Part shown: piece by piece, positions 8,321 to 8,771 of the stretch | How positions within the stretch are numbered: position 1 is the stretch's first letter | Layout: the number at the start of each line of letters is the position of its first letter | Source of the DNA: a virus | Taxonomy: Duplodnaviria; Heunggongvirae; Uroviricota; Caudoviricetes | Virus record (IMG/VR): IMGVR_UViG_2700989507_000003 | Length of the DNA: 8,771 nucleotides | Direction: 5' to 3' (one strand) | The notes under the pieces: model-generated | What the model was told of the DNA's origin: nothing | What the model saw: the letters and a program-made list of their open reading frames with translations, nothing else | Databases searched by the model: none | Program-made: the position numbers and the translations under genes

Positions 8321-8718
8321 GATGTTACCGGCTCAGTCGCTTCTGCTTTCCCGGTTTGTTCAGGATCGGCATCGTGCCGGTTATCCAGCATACCTGAAAG
8401 ATAAAGCACCCGGTTCGTTGCCTGATTCAGTGCATCAGCAGGCCATCCCAGCATCACTTCACGGCGGATCTGCTGCATCTCTGTCTCCGGAGAGGCCAGA
8501 GTGCCTTTGAGGGAATGGGAATGCCATAGCGACATCGCCACAAGCAGGGATGCCGTTTCCAGATATCGCTGGTTAATGTGCACGACATAATGCTTCGTTG
8601 TCTCCTGTTGTTCTGCGTCTGAAACAAACTTTATATAATCAAACCGCTGCAGCGCAGACAATTCGGAAAGCGTGACGGACACACCGTTATATTCAAATTG
8701 TTCTGTTTTCAGAAACAT
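8296..8718 (-). CDS. G: Tail assembly chaperone G (140 aa)
   Basis: ORF-track ORF 8296..8718(-). MFLKTEQFEYNGVSVTLSELSALQR... has the same length as lambda gpG and an N-terminus and central LVAMSLWH motif matching my recollection of it. GGAGG (8729..8725) lies 6 nt upstream of the ATG. Followed by T in the -1 frame. Confidence 0.9.
   Translation of the reverse strand: MFLKTEQFEYNGVSVTLSELSALQRFDYIKFVSDAEQQETTKHYVVHINQRYLETASLLVAMSLWHSHSLKGTLASPETEMQQIRREVMLGWPADALNQATNRVLYLSGMLDNRHDADPEQTGKAEATEPVTSKKHSKAS
8314..8320 (-). promoter_or_regulatory. Programmed -1 ribosomal frameshift slippery heptamer A_AAA_AAG (G into T)
   Basis: The minus strand reads ACA TCA AAA AAG CAT in the G frame (K134, K135), i.e. 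X_XXY_YYZ = A_AAA_AAG. It lies 16 nt upstream of the G stop, and the -1 frame is open from here through T. Same heptamer class as E. coli dnaX. Confidence 0.75.
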
Positions 8719-8724
8719 GTATTA

Positions 8725-8729
8725 CCTCC
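8725..8729 (-). promoter_or_regulatory. Shine-Dalgarno sequence for G
   Basis: The minus strand reads GGAGG TAATAC ATG, a consensus Shine-Dalgarno with a 6-nt spacer. Confidence 0.6.
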
Positions 8730-8734
8730 GTTTA

Positions 8735-8771
8735 CCCTGCAGCGCCCGCTTCAGTAACGGTGACTTCAGCC
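8735..8771 (-). CDS. V: 3' end (last 12 codons) of the upstream gene, probably the major tail protein by synteny; 5' end beyond the window
   Basis: The minus strand reads GCT GAA GTC ACC GTT ACT GAA GCG GGC GCT GCA GGG TAA (…AEVTVTEAGAAG*), with the stop at 8734..8732 just upstream of the G Shine-Dalgarno. Identity inferred only from position in the lambda gene order; the fragment is too short to identify by sequence. Confidence 0.4.

Noticed and set aside
8346-8352. GGGAAAG as the functional G/T slippery site, by analogy with lambda
   Set aside because: In the G frame it is phased GGG_AAA_G, not G_GGA_AAG, and the -1 frame reaches TGA at 8335..8333 within 6 codons. The in-phase site with an open -1 frame is A_AAA_AAG at 8320..8314.
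1-8771. CRISPR array, tRNA/rRNA, IS or transposase, diversity-generating retroelement, toxin-antitoxin or other defence system
   Set aside because: No direct-repeat/spacer periodicity, no reverse-transcriptase or transposase-like ORF, and no template/variable repeat pair were seen. Every sizeable ORF is accounted for by a tail gene in lambda order, and the only unassigned DNA is the 235-nt I-J spacer.

Overview
The window is the tail-morphogenesis module of a lambda-like (lambdoid) siphovirus or prophage, encoded entirely on the minus strand in the conserved order V (last 12 codons) - G - G/T (-1 frameshift fusion) - H (tape measure, 870 aa) - M - L - K - I - 235-nt spacer - J (first ~892 codons, 3' end beyond coordinate 1). 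Protein identities rest on hand translation plus my memory of phage lambda tail proteins; no database search was run. All long plus-strand ORFs in the track are antisense to these genes and are rejected. I see no CRISPR array, tRNA/rRNA, IS element, reverse transcriptase or recognisable defence system, and no convincing novel system. The points worth a second look are (1) the G/T recoding site, which uses A_AAA_AAG rather than lambda's GGGAAAG, with an out-of-phase GGGAAAG copy just upstream; (2) an unusually long, AT-rich I-J spacer bounded by strand-specific terminator-like hairpins and containing two small unannotated minus-strand ORFs; (3) J diverging from lambda J near the window edge. 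Several genes overlap by ATGA or longer, consistent with translational coupling.
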